64,000 nt of DNA, taken from NCBI GenBank assembly GCA_964391975.1, contig CAYMNZ010000001.1, forward strand, positions 15,280-79,279, written 5' to 3'. The DNA comes from an uncultured Candidatus Saccharibacteria bacterium (GTDB taxonomy: Bacteria > Patescibacteriota > Minisyncoccia > Phycocordibacterales > Phycocordibacteraceae). Below, one piece after another: positions 38,817 through 48,443 of the stretch. The translations under genes and the position numbers were made by a program. Position 1 is the first letter of the stretch, and every line of letters begins with the position of its first letter. Under the pieces are notes generated by a model, which saw nothing but the letters and a program-made list of their open reading frames with translations, made no database searches and was not told where the DNA came from.

Positions 38817-38969
38817 ATTAGTTTGGAACAGCAACCATTCCACGTTACACTGCCTACACCATGTTTTCGTTGACCACCCGCCGTATGTACAAGTGGCACT
38901 TCCGTATTTCACGGAGGGGTTGGTCCATGCGCGCTAGTATATAAACTACTTACACCGCACAGACTCTCA

Positions 38970-38998
38970 AACGCCCTCCAACCGGAGGGCGTTTTTAT
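38970..38998 (+). terminator. Rho-independent terminator 150 nt downstream of the previous one
   Basis: acgccctcc-aacc-ggagggcgtttttatttt. Confidence 0.75.
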
Positions 38999-39007
38999 TT
39001 TCCACCT

Positions 39008-39586
39008 ATGACCAACTCTGAAGTACGACCACCGCCTAACATTGAAAAGCTCCTTTGGGACGTGGAGCACCGCATGGCGCACGCCAAGGAGAAAAATCTT
39101 GGGAAGCATCCTTTGTTCACCCATGAAGTGCAGGAGCGACAGGGGTGCCGAGTGGGGTATATGGAGCCAGGTCTCTTTGCTGAGCTGTGTGGCCAGTTCA
39201 AGCTTGAGCCAGAGAGCCTTGAACTTTCTTTTGTGCAGATACACGCGCGAACCGTTCCCTACGTGCCGATGACAAGCGGCCTCCTATATATGCCGCTCGG
39301 GCAAAAGCAGGGCTACCACAATTCACGCGGAGGCATCTACAAAGGGAAGTACCACGGGCGAGAGCCGGCGTACCACCTTTCCTATACCTCCTCACGTTCC
39401 CATAAGTTTCTGCGCGTGTACCCGAAGGATATGGTGTTTCTGACGCCTGAAACCAATGCGGTGTTTTCGGCAATCGTACTTGTCTCGCCGAAGATGAAAA
39501 AAGACGACGGCTTTTACAATATGCTGCATTTTCCGAGCTCGTTTGTGAGTGTAGACCAACCTCGTGCAACGGTAATCATCCCGTAG
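39008..39586 (+). CDS. hypothetical protein
   Basis: 192-aa ORF with no family recognised. Confidence 0.45.
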   Translation: MTNSEVRPPPNIEKLLWDVEHRMAHAKEKNLGKHPLFTHEVQERQGCRVGYMEPGLFAELCGQFKLEPESLELSFVQIHARTVPYVPMTSGLLYMPLGQKQGYHNSRGGIYKGKYHGREPAYHLSYTSSRSHKFLRVYPKDMVFLTPETNAVFSAIVLVSPKMKKDDGFYNMLHFPSSFVSVDQPRATVIIP

Positions 39587-39638
39587 AACTCGAAGCGTTT
39601 GCGAAGCGGGTGCGGCCTCGCGAGGGGTCAGCGAAGAA

Positions 39639-40046
39639 CTAGACGCGCCAGCCGCCCAGTATCGCGCCAGTGATAAGAAGCGTGAGGAGTACCGATCCTG
39701 CATTAAGTAAGAGGAGCATCGGTGAATTCGCTTCAAACGCATACAGCGGGCCCAAGACAGCAACGACGAACCCAAGCCAGACAAGTCCTCCGAGCAGCAT
39801 TCCTTGTTGAACGCTTGTATACCCGAGACGCGCCATGAGCCACGCGAGTACTCCTGCGAGTACGAGGTTACCGATAACTTGTAATACGGATGCTTGAAGG
39901 CCGCTCGGTCCTTTCGCAAGTTGCTCGGTTGTTTTTCCCAGCGCTTCTATGTACGGGGCTCGGAAGACGACGAGATACCATAGGGCGCTTACAAGATACG
40001 AGGCGATGGCGGAAACGAGTATAGGTAAAAAGGTCATGATTGGCAT
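39639..40046 (-). CDS. small multi-pass membrane protein
   Basis: ORF-track ORF 39639..40184 trimmed to the internal Met (MPIMTFLPIL...) because its N-terminus would overlap the tmRNA 3' end and terminator. Confidence 0.45.
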   Translation of the reverse strand: MPIMTFLPILVSAIASYLVSALWYLVVFRAPYIEALGKTTEQLAKGPSGLQASVLQVIGNLVLAGVLAWLMARLGYTSVQQGMLLGGLVWLGFVVAVLGPLYAFEANSPMLLLLNAGSVLLTLLITGAILGGWRV

Positions 40047-40080
40047 AGAACTGCATAGTGGTATGGAGCAAATGAAGAGG

Positions 40081-40113
40081 CAATTAAAATACTCCGCATC
40101 ACTGCGGAGTATT
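40081..40113 (-). terminator. terminator immediately 3' of tmRNA
   Basis: Minus sense AATACTCCGCA-gtga-TGCGGAGTATT-TTAATTG. Confidence 0.7.
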
Positions 40114-40120
40114 GTTGTGT

Positions 40121-40529
40121 TGTGGAGGTGGGGAGAATTGAACTCCCGTCCGAATCCGTCTTCGACAGCGACTCTACGACGCATAGTCCTGGTTAGAGAC
40201 TGGGGCAGGGTGCGAGGAACCAGAACGAAACCACTCCTGCCTGATCCCTTATTTAGAGAATACGTTCGGGAGGACGTACCTCGATTCCCTAGATGATTCC
40301 ACCCGGGCCGGACACTACGGAAGCTGAGCCGGTCGGATGTCGCTTAGGCGAGGCGTTTATGCAACGCGCGCGTAAGCGAACGCGAAATCGGACTTACTAA
40401 AGTAAGGCGAGATCACGCTTGCAAGAGTGTTCTTGGCAAGTTTGGGTGCCTGCGGGATTAAGGTGGTCAGCAGACTTCCACCGCGTCGCACGTCTGTCAA
40501 AGAGCAGACCGTCAAAACCGGTCACCCCC
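40121..40529 (-). ncRNA. ssrA: tmRNA (transfer-messenger RNA)
   Basis: Minus sense 5' GGGGGTGACCGGTTTTGACGG... (compare E. coli GGGGCUGAUUCUGGAUUCGACGGG) and 3' ...GGACGGGAGTTCAATTCTCCCCACCTCCA (T-arm plus acceptor). The acceptor pairs GGGGGTG/CACCTCC with G3-U70; CCA not encoded; directly downstream of smpB. Confidence 0.85.
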
Positions 40530-40571
40530 GGAAAGGGCATTCTAGCTCGAGAACGCACTTTCCGGGAGCGG

Positions 40572-41024
40572 TCACTTGCGCCGCATCGCTCTATCCATAT
40601 CCCTCTTATCATCCTGACGTTTGAGGTCCTCTCTTCTGTCAGCCTTGCCTTTGCCTTTCACGATGGCAACCTGCACCTTTACGTATTTATTATTATACAA
40701 CGATAATGGCACTACTGTCAAGCCTTTCTTGGATTCAGCCTCAGCAAGCTGCGCAATCTCGCTCTTCTTAAGGAGGAGGCGGCGAGTGCGGTCGGGTTCG
40801 TAGGACTTGGCGGTGTTGCTCGCCTGGTAGGGAGGAATGGTCATGCCAACGAGGTATGCCTCACCCCCGCGCACAATGACGCGTGCGCCGTCGAGTGAGC
40901 CGTGCTTCCCACGAAGCGCTTTCACTTCGCTCCCAGATAGCTCAAGGCCAGCCGAGTAGGTCTCGACCAAGGTGTAGCGCATGCGCGCCTTCTTGTTCTC
41001 TATAAGTAGTGCATCTGGTTTCAT
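40572..41024 (-). CDS. smpB: SsrA-binding protein SmpB
   Basis: 150 aa; NKKARMRYTLVETYSAGLELSGSEVKALR is the SmpB signature. Confidence 0.92.
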   Translation of the reverse strand: MKPDALLIENKKARMRYTLVETYSAGLELSGSEVKALRGKHGSLDGARVIVRGGEAYLVGMTIPPYQASNTAKSYEPDRTRRLLLKKSEIAQLAEAESKKGLTVVPLSLYNNKYVKVQVAIVKGKGKADRREDLKRQDDKRDMDRAMRRK

Positions 41025-41059
41025 AAAGCTATCCTCCTATTGTATAGTGTCTTCTACTA

Positions 41060-42972
41060 TGGCGCCTACAGGCAAACAGACTCCGTCCGGGAAGAAGGGA
41101 CGGAAGGGTTCTACGCGCGGACGTGGTCTTATCCCGTCTCCCGGGAAGCCCGGATTCATGGGGAACCTCCTCTCCACCATCCTGGTGTTCCTTATTCTCA
41201 TGAGTGTCTACTCCTTCCTCATGACGGGGACCGAGGAGACCAAGAAGATTGCGCTCTCGCAGGTAGCCAACGACGTGAAGGCGGGACTGGTGACCGAGAT
41301 TGAGGTTGCGGGCGACACCCTTAAGGTGACGTACGCCGACACGACAGTGAAGGAATCCCAGAAGAGTCCCGAGGCAGGACTCCCAGAGACACTCGCAGCG
41401 TATGGTGTTGAGCCTGACGATCTCTCAAAGATTGCCATTGATATCACCGGGGAATCTGGTTGGCGCTTCTGGCTCGCAACACTTCTTCCAATTGCAATTC
41501 CTATTCTTTTCCTCGCAGTGTTGTTCTGGTTCCTCGCACGCCAGGTGAAGGGGGCAGGTATGCAGGCGTTTACCTTCGGGCAGTCGAAGGCAAAGATGAT
41601 TGACCCATCGGACGCCAACAATCGCGTGACCTTCGCGGATGTTGCGGGTGCTAAGGAAGCGAAGGAAGAGCTTCTTGAGATTGTGGACTTCCTCAAGAAC
41701 CCAAAGAAGTTCCTTGATATCGGTGCACGTATTCCAAAGGGCATCCTCCTTATGGGTGCACCGGGAACGGGCAAGACTCTTCTTGCTCGCGCAGTTGCCG
41801 GAGAGGCAGGCGTACCGTTCTTCTCCATCTCGGGTTCTGAATTTGTTGAGATGTTCGTTGGTGTTGGTGCCTCTCGTGTGCGTGACCTCTTCCAGCTTGC
41901 AAAGCGTTCTGCTCCGGCAATCATCTTCGTGGATGAAATTGATGCGGTGGGACGTGTGCGCGGCGGGGGAACAGGTGGCGGCAACGACGAGCGCGAGCAG
42001 ACCTTGAACCAGATTCTTGTGGAGATGGATGGCTTCGAGCCTACTGAAAAGGTGATTGTCATGGCGGCAACCAACCGTCCCGACGTGCTCGACCCGGCGC
42101 TTCTTCGCCCAGGACGCTTTGATAGGCGCGTGACGATTGACCTTCCAGATCGTAAGGACCGTGTGGCTATCCTCACCGTTCACGCTCGCAAGAAGCCGTT
42201 TGGTCCTGATGTGAACCTTGAAGTTATTGCCGAGCGCACGCCAGGCTTCTCAGGTGCTGAACTCTACTCACTCATGAACGAGGGCGCCATTCTCGCTGCA
42301 CGCGAAGACCGCAAAGAGGTAACGCAGTACGATCTTCTTCGTTCTATCGAGAAGGTCATGCTCGGTCCCGAGCGGAAGTCGCACCTGCTTTCTCTAAAGG
42401 AGAAGAAGGTCACTGCCTTCCACGAGATGGGGCACGCACTCGTATCTTCTATCCTTCCGTACGCAGACCCAGTGCATAAGGTTTCCATCATTTCTCGTGG
42501 GCGTGCAGCCGGCTACACCCTTAAGCTTCCATTTGAAGACAAGAAGATGCAGTCGAAGAAGCAGTTCCTTGATGACATCGCAGCTACGCTCGGTGGCTAC
42601 GTCGCAGAGAACCTCGTCTTTGATGACGTGACGACTGGTCCGCACAACGATCTTTCCGTTGCAACCGCGCTTGCTCGCGACATGGTGTCGCGCTACGGCA
42701 TGAGTGATCTTGGTCCAGTAGCATTCGGCAATGACCGCACCATTGAAGCTAACTACTCTCAGGAGGTAGCCGCAAAGATAGACGCCGAGGTTTCGCTCAT
42801 CATCGAGGAGGCGAAGGACAAGGCATACAAGGTGCTTACCGGCCACCGCAAGGCACTCGACATGATGAGCGCAAAGCTCATAGAAGTAGAAACGCTTGAG
42901 CGCGAGGAGTTTGAGAAGCTTCTTATCCTCAACGGCATTACGCCGAAATCAAAGGAAGAGGAGGCGGCCTAA
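41060..42972 (+). CDS. ftsH: ATP-dependent zinc metalloprotease FtsH
   Basis: ~637 aa from the internal Met (MAPTGKQ...); AAA Walker [18 protein letters not shown]; HEMGHAL zinc motif. Confidence 0.93.
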
Positions 42973-42974
42973 AC

Positions 42975-43331
42975 ATGCCCGAAGGATTCGACATCGATAA
43001 GTCTGTACCGGCCAACGACAACAGCTCTCCAGCACAAGAGGCGCAGACAGAGGCATTCCTTGCGGATTTGACACAGCGTCTTGAAGCACAAGGGCAGATA
43101 CTTTCCCTTGGAGCGGTCTTTGACGAGGCACTCAGGAAACTTGAAGTATATGTATATAGCCCAGGCGCTAAGCACGAGGTCGCGGCTTCACTCTTTAACC
43201 GGACACTTGCCGTCTGGGACGCTTTAAGCGCAGAAAAAGCAGCAGCGTCCGACTCGTTCGCCTACGATCAGGCGGCGGAAGAAAAACAGAAGCAGATTGT
43301 CGCACTGCGCGAGAAGATAGCGGCGCTGTAG
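42975..43331 (+). CDS. hypothetical protein co-directional with ftsH
   Basis: 118 aa; starts 3 nt after the ftsH stop; acidic and coiled. Confidence 0.4.
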   Translation: MPEGFDIDKSVPANDNSSPAQEAQTEAFLADLTQRLEAQGQILSLGAVFDEALRKLEVYVYSPGAKHEVAASLFNRTLAVWDALSAEKAAASDSFAYDQAAEEKQKQIVALREKIAAL

Positions 43332-43335
43332 TATC

Positions 43336-43412
43336 TGGTCCACCCGCTTGGACTCGAACCAAGGACCCTCGAGGTATAAGCTCGATGCTCTAACCAGCTG
43401 AGCTACGGGTGG
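43336..43412 (-). tRNA. tRNA-Ile with anticodon UAU (reads AUA); CCA encoded
   Basis: Minus sense CCACCCG-TA-GCTC-AGCTGGTTA-GAGC-A-TCGAG-CTTATAC-CTCGA-GGGTC-CTTGG-TTCGAGT-CCAAG-CGGGTGG-A-CCA. Full cloverleaf; anticodon loop CU-UAU-AC; discriminator A. Confidence 0.8.
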
Positions 43413-43451
43413 ATTTTTGTACTCTAGCGCATCCCCAGGGGCGATGCACGT

Positions 43452-44321
43452 TCACTCCTCGTCAATACTAAGCGTGAGGATATTCTTTCCGTACTCACCT
43501 TCGTCACCGTGGGGAAGAAGCTCGAACTCCGCGGTTGTAGAAGCCCCTGTCTTGAGCTGTTGCCGGGCACGTATCTCGAGAACCTGTCCCTTCTTAATAT
43601 TCTCTCGAGTACTCAATACTTCTCCCATGAGACGTGAGGGCACTTCCTCATGTGTGACCGCTATGATGCGGAGACGCTTACCCTCGAGCCGTGCCTTGGT
43701 AGCGGCATCAAGGTACCTGTTGATGTTGGTTGCGTGTCGGATGAAGCGCTTTAGGCGTGCGTCGATGTCTTGGTAGTCTTCGGTGAATATGTCTGAGAGT
43801 TCGCGACCCAGTGCGGCAGCGATCTTTTCATGGGCTTGTTCAGGGGGAAGTTTCGTATGTAGTTGCGCTTCTGCACGGAACGCCCCGTCCGCGACTATCC
43901 AGTCTGCGCGGTCGCCTTGATCCTTGAAGTTTATCTGCCGAAGGTTGTTCACGATACGTAGGTTCTCCTCCCGAGGAAGCAGCATGCTTACACCTGCCGC
44001 CCGTAACTCTTCGTCGATGAGAAGGTCAGTCGACTGCGCGCGGAAGTTGGGACTCGTGAGGATGAGGACGACCTCGTTCTTCTTGTCTATCTTTGCGGCA
44101 AGCTGCTTTCCCGTATTTCGTATTATCTCGATACCCTCCTCGGTGAGGTCCAAATGTTCGACATCGAGCTTAAACCCTTCAGCAGTCGGGTCAAACACGA
44201 ACGAAGGGTCCTTAAGTTCCTTGTATACGGTTGGTCCGTGTCGAACGATGTCGATGATGGGAACTATTGGGTCTTGTTCTTTAGATTCTTGTTGGCGGAA
44301 CGGTTCGATTCGAAATGACAT
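43452..44321 (-). CDS. hypothetical protein, possibly histidine phosphatase superfamily (RHG motif)
   Basis: 289 aa; IDIVRHGPT near the N-terminus; otherwise unassigned. Confidence 0.35.
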   Translation of the reverse strand: MSFRIEPFRQQESKEQDPIVPIIDIVRHGPTVYKELKDPSFVFDPTAEGFKLDVEHLDLTEEGIEIIRNTGKQLAAKIDKKNEVVLILTSPNFRAQSTDLLIDEELRAAGVSMLLPREENLRIVNNLRQINFKDQGDRADWIVADGAFRAEAQLHTKLPPEQAHEKIAAALGRELSDIFTEDYQDIDARLKRFIRHATNINRYLDAATKARLEGKRLRIIAVTHEEVPSRLMGEVLSTRENIKKGQVLEIRARQQLKTGASTTAEFELLPHGDEGEYGKNILTLSIDEE

Positions 44322-44324
44322 AGG

Positions 44325-45305
44325 TTATACAAACAGAGTAGCAAACTTCTCCTTTGAGATATGCAGGTTCCGTTGCGTAGCGAGCAGGTGCTTCACCTCC
44401 CACAGCATGTAGTCCTGAGGAATGCGGAGGGTCGGGAAGTCCTTCGAGTGGTGCACATACGGGTTCACGATGAAGTGGGAAAGGATATTGTAATGGAAGA
44501 CGGTAAAGAAGGCGGCACGCTCGGCCCCTGAGAGCGGTCGCTCCTTCGTGTATGCCTTGTAGATGATTCGTGCCTTACGGAAATCGAAGCGTCCATTATG
44601 TGAGCACCACCACATAAGCGTGTTCGCAAGGTCCAGTAGCAGCGGGCCGGTGTAGGAATTATCGAAATCGACGACGCCCGAAAGGCGTCCGTTTCTGAAG
44701 AGTGCGTTCTCCGGCTTCAAATCTATGTGCATGGCCCCTCGTGGGAGATTCTTTGGGAGTTCGTACGAAAGGAGTTGGTCGCCCGCATACGCGATAGCTT
44801 CTGCGAGTATGGGGTGCTTCTCCTTTGATGCATCCTTCAGAATCTTGGCCAGGTTTTTTGAAGGCATATCGTAGTATTCAATGCGCGGTATCTTCGAAGA
44901 GAATCCTCGGGTCTGGAGATGAAGTTTGCCGAGGAACGTGCCGACTCCACGTAACATGGTGTCAGTGAACCGCTTCCGTTCGATTCCGGGTAGGAATGGA
45001 TACAGGAAAGACTTGTATCCTTTGAAGTCGCGAAGGTAGGTACCGTCTTTGGCGCGTACTGGTTGCGGAATCGGAAGGTGCTTCACGTGCCGCAGCAGCT
45101 CTATTTCGTAACCAACACGCACCGGGTTATTCCGTATAGCAATCTTAAATGTATAGTCTCCGGTCGTCGTTCGAATACGATAGAGGGCGTTGCCGAGCCC
45201 TTTCTTCATCTTTGAATAGGAATGAAGCTTTCCCAGTTCGTAGTGTTGGGCAAGATGGCGCTCAAGCTCTTGCTTGGTGACTGAAGGCCCGACGATAAGA
45301 CTCAT
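44325..45305 (-). CDS. phosphotransferase-family kinase (APH / homoserine kinase type II-like)
   Basis: 326 aa; catalytic loop HIDLKPENALF and VVDFD metal-binding motif. Confidence 0.7.
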   Translation of the reverse strand: MSLIVGPSVTKQELERHLAQHYELGKLHSYSKMKKGLGNALYRIRTTTGDYTFKIAIRNNPVRVGYEIELLRHVKHLPIPQPVRAKDGTYLRDFKGYKSFLYPFLPGIERKRFTDTMLRGVGTFLGKLHLQTRGFSSKIPRIEYYDMPSKNLAKILKDASKEKHPILAEAIAYAGDQLLSYELPKNLPRGAMHIDLKPENALFRNGRLSGVVDFDNSYTGPLLLDLANTLMWWCSHNGRFDFRKARIIYKAYTKERPLSGAERAAFFTVFHYNILSHFIVNPYVHHSKDFPTLRIPQDYMLWEVKHLLATQRNLHISKEKFATLFV

Positions 45306-45317
45306 GCGGAAATGATA

Positions 45318-47558
45318 TCACTCAGGGTGCACGCTCTCATCCGCACGCGCGGCAATCATTGCTAGCCTCGGATATTTCTTGAGCTCAGGGTCTGCCTTTA
45401 TAAGTGCAGACGCTTCTTTCCTTGCCGCCTCTACCATCTTTATATTCTTGAGCGCTTCCATAGCGATGTCTGAGACACCCCACTGGCGTGCTCCCGTGAG
45501 TTCTCCAGCACCACGCAGCGCGAGGTCGTACTCAGCAAGTTCAAAGCCGTTCTTTGCGGTAACGAGTGCTTTGAGACGGTCTCTAGTTGCTGGACCGTAT
45601 TTCTCCGGAAGCACGAAGCAGTACGCTTGGTCAGTGGAGCGTATGACGCGCCCGCGCAGCTGATGGAGCTGTGCGAGCCCAAAACGCTCTGCTCCCTCTA
45701 TAAGGATGACGGTAGCGTTTGGGACGTTCACGCCCACCTCCACCACCGAGGTGGCGACCAGTATCTTTACTTCACCCTTAGCGAAACGGTCCATGACCTC
45801 CTCCTTCGCCTTTGGAATCATCTTGCTGTGGAGGATGTCTATCTCCACATCCGGGAAGACGTCTTTCTTAAGGCGTGCAGCTTCTGCCTTCACTGACTTC
45901 GCCTGGAGCGCGAGTTCTTTGGTCGGGTCGGGTTCATCGATGCGCGGGCAGATGACGTACGCCTGGTGCCCGAGAGCGAGCTGTTCACGCACGCGCTCAT
46001 ATGCTCGCTCGCGCTTGTCGGGCCCGAGTGTCTCGGTAATGACGGGCTTACGTCCGGCAGGCATCTCATCAAGTAAGGAAAGATCGAGGTCTCCGTAGAT
46101 AGAGAGTGCGAGTGTGCGAGGAATCGGCGTAGCGGTCATGGAAAGCAAATGCGGAGAGAGTCCTTCCTTACGTACCAACTTCTGGCGGTGTGCCTTACCG
46201 AAGCGGTGCTGCTCGTCGATGATGGCGTAGGCCAGGTTCTGGAACTGGAGTGACTGGTACACAAGCGCGTGCGTACCAATGACAATAGGAATTTCACCGT
46301 TGGCTACCCACTTAGCAAACTGCGCGCGCGAAATCTTTGTTGACTCCTCTTTATGTATCTTGCTTGGGAACTTGCGGCACTCACTTCCCGTAATAAGGCC
46401 AATGGGAATGGGGTGCTGTTTGAAATAGGAAACGAAGGTGGAGAAGTGCTGCTTGGCGAGTATTTCAGTCGGGCACATGTAGGCAACCTGCAGGTATCCG
46501 CCGAGGCGGCGCTTCAGTATTCCTTTAGCACCCGTCTCAATTGCGGGATGAGAGCTTGCGACCATGTACGCGGTTGCTGCAGCAACGGCAGTCTTTCCGC
46601 TACCCACGTCTCCCTCAAGCAGACGGCGCATGGGGTGCGACTCCTCGAAGTTAGCGACGATATCTTCAATGGCACGGCTCTGCGCTTTGGTCGGGGGGAA
46701 GGGGAAGGAGGCGACGAAGTCAGCGAGTGCTTTGCGGTTAGCGTCCACTGGGAGCGCACGTTCCTTGAGTGACTTCGCTTTGTTTGATTGCACGGCAAGT
46801 TGAATTGCAAACACTTCCTCAAATGCGAAGCGCTTCTTCGCGACGTCAGCGTCCTTCTGCTGCTTAGGCGCATGTATCCAGACAAGGGCGGTAGAAAGTC
46901 CGGGAAGGTTATAGCGGTCGAGGATGTCTTGAGGGATTGGGTCTTCAATTGTTTCGTGTGCTCTAGCTTCAAACACGCGTTTCATCGCGTGGAGCAACCA
47001 GAGAGAGGAAATACCCTTGCTCTCTGAGTAGATAGGGTAGAGCGCTTCACCGTCTGGCAGTTCGCTGTGCGCGAAGAGGTTGTCGACTGCCTCTTCAGGA
47101 CGTACGGCAGAGCGGTCTACCGCAGGGTTCGCAATATAGGGAGAAGACGAAGAGCCCGTCACTTTCCCCGTTACCTTCACCACCTGGCCATCGGTGAGCA
47201 TCTTTGCGATGTAGGGTTGGGAGAACCAACGGAGCTTGATGCGACCGCTTGCGTCCTCAAGCCACGCTTCTGCCATCGGTCGGCGACTCTTCCACGCCTT
47301 CTTGGTCTCAGGTTTGCGGATGGTGCCGTAGAGGGTGACCTCGCCACCGAAGGTTGCACCTGAAATAGTGCCCGCAGGTCCAGCTGCTTCGTAGCGAGCA
47401 GGGTAGTGGTAGAGGAGATCGCGAATCGTTTGAATGCCAAGCTTTACAAGCGCCTTTTTCTGCTCTGGCTTGAGGCGAGTGAAGTGCTTTTCGATCGGGT
47501 CTCCGGGCAACATGCCTACAGTATATCGCTCGTTTACAGGAGACCCTTTCTGTTGCAT
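45318..47558 (-). CDS. recG: ATP-dependent DNA helicase RecG
   Basis: 746 aa; wedge domain then SF2 helicase motifs (GDVGSGKT, DEQHRFG). Confidence 0.9.
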   Translation of the reverse strand: MQQKGSPVNERYTVGMLPGDPIEKHFTRLKPEQKKALVKLGIQTIRDLLYHYPARYEAAGPAGTISGATFGGEVTLYGTIRKPETKKAWKSRRPMAEAWLEDASGRIKLRWFSQPYIAKMLTDGQVVKVTGKVTGSSSSPYIANPAVDRSAVRPEEAVDNLFAHSELPDGEALYPIYSESKGISSLWLLHAMKRVFEARAHETIEDPIPQDILDRYNLPGLSTALVWIHAPKQQKDADVAKKRFAFEEVFAIQLAVQSNKAKSLKERALPVDANRKALADFVASFPFPPTKAQSRAIEDIVANFEESHPMRRLLEGDVGSGKTAVAAATAYMVASSHPAIETGAKGILKRRLGGYLQVAYMCPTEILAKQHFSTFVSYFKQHPIPIGLITGSECRKFPSKIHKEESTKISRAQFAKWVANGEIPIVIGTHALVYQSLQFQNLAYAIIDEQHRFGKAHRQKLVRKEGLSPHLLSMTATPIPRTLALSIYGDLDLSLLDEMPAGRKPVITETLGPDKRERAYERVREQLALGHQAYVICPRIDEPDPTKELALQAKSVKAEAARLKKDVFPDVEIDILHSKMIPKAKEEVMDRFAKGEVKILVATSVVEVGVNVPNATVILIEGAERFGLAQLHQLRGRVIRSTDQAYCFVLPEKYGPATRDRLKALVTAKNGFELAEYDLALRGAGELTGARQWGVSDIAMEALKNIKMVEAARKEASALIKADPELKKYPRLAMIAARADESVHPE

Positions 47559-47569
47559 AGTCCCTCTAT

Positions 47570-48401
47570 GAACAAACTCATTACCGGTGCGCTCGTGCTT
47601 GCTGTCCTTCTTATTCCTTCAGGAGCACTTGCTGCTACAAAAAAGCCATCCGTCACTGTCGTAGTTCCTACGAAGGGAGCAAGCTACGACCGCTTGGCGA
47701 AGATGCCAGTTTCATTCGAGTATGAGAACGTGACCCGTCCTATGGTCGTGGTTACGAACTTCAAGCTCGTGAAGCAGGACACCAAGCACCCCGGTATAGG
47801 CTTTAGCTCCGGAAGCGGCTACCAGCACACGCTCTACACTGGCCAGACCACTGGAGGTTTTGTGCACGACTGGGGACTCAACTCCACCATCCCAGGAAAG
47901 TACGAGGTCCGCGCTGAGCTCCGTGAATGTAACCCCAAGGGATGCGATATGGCACCAGCCGGTAAACTTCTCTCCAAGAAAGGGAAGGCGGTAACGTTTA
48001 CCGTACGCAATGATGCAGGCACGACGATTGAATCGACTGGAGACACCGGCACTACGGTTGACCTCACTTCTCCTGATGGTGGCGAATCCTATGTTGCAGG
48101 TTCAAACAAGAAACTTGCTATCAAATGGGTTGCAGCAGGTGTTCCAAAGGGCGCTACTGTCTGCACCATTCTTGAGAAGCGCGGTACGGGCGGGATGTTC
48201 GCATTCCCAGGTGAGAAGTCCTGCAAGAAGGCAAAGAACGGTAAGGATTCGGTGAGCGGGAAGCTCATTCAGACCGCAGGCTACGACCTCGGTCCCGGTG
48301 ATTACTGGGCACGCGTTACCATCGGCGCAAAAGCGTCAGGAGGCAAGGACGGCGCAACGCTCGCGCAGGATATTAGCGAGTCGTTCTTCACGCTTCGTTA
48401 G
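47570..48401 (+). CDS. secreted hypothetical protein
   Basis: 277 aa from MNKLITGALVLAVLLIPSGALAATKK (signal peptide); Gly/Thr/Lys-rich. Confidence 0.5.
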
Positions 48402-48443
48402 CTTCCCCCATTCTTCATACCTCTCGTGCGGTACTATAGGGAC

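Noticed and set aside
39639-40184. Full-length 181-aa minus ORF
   Set aside because: Its first 46 codons overlap the tmRNA 3' end and terminator; trimmed to the internal Met at 40046.
41208-42176. 322-aa minus-strand ORF
   Set aside because: Antisense to ftsH; Ser/Pro/Arg-rich; spurious.
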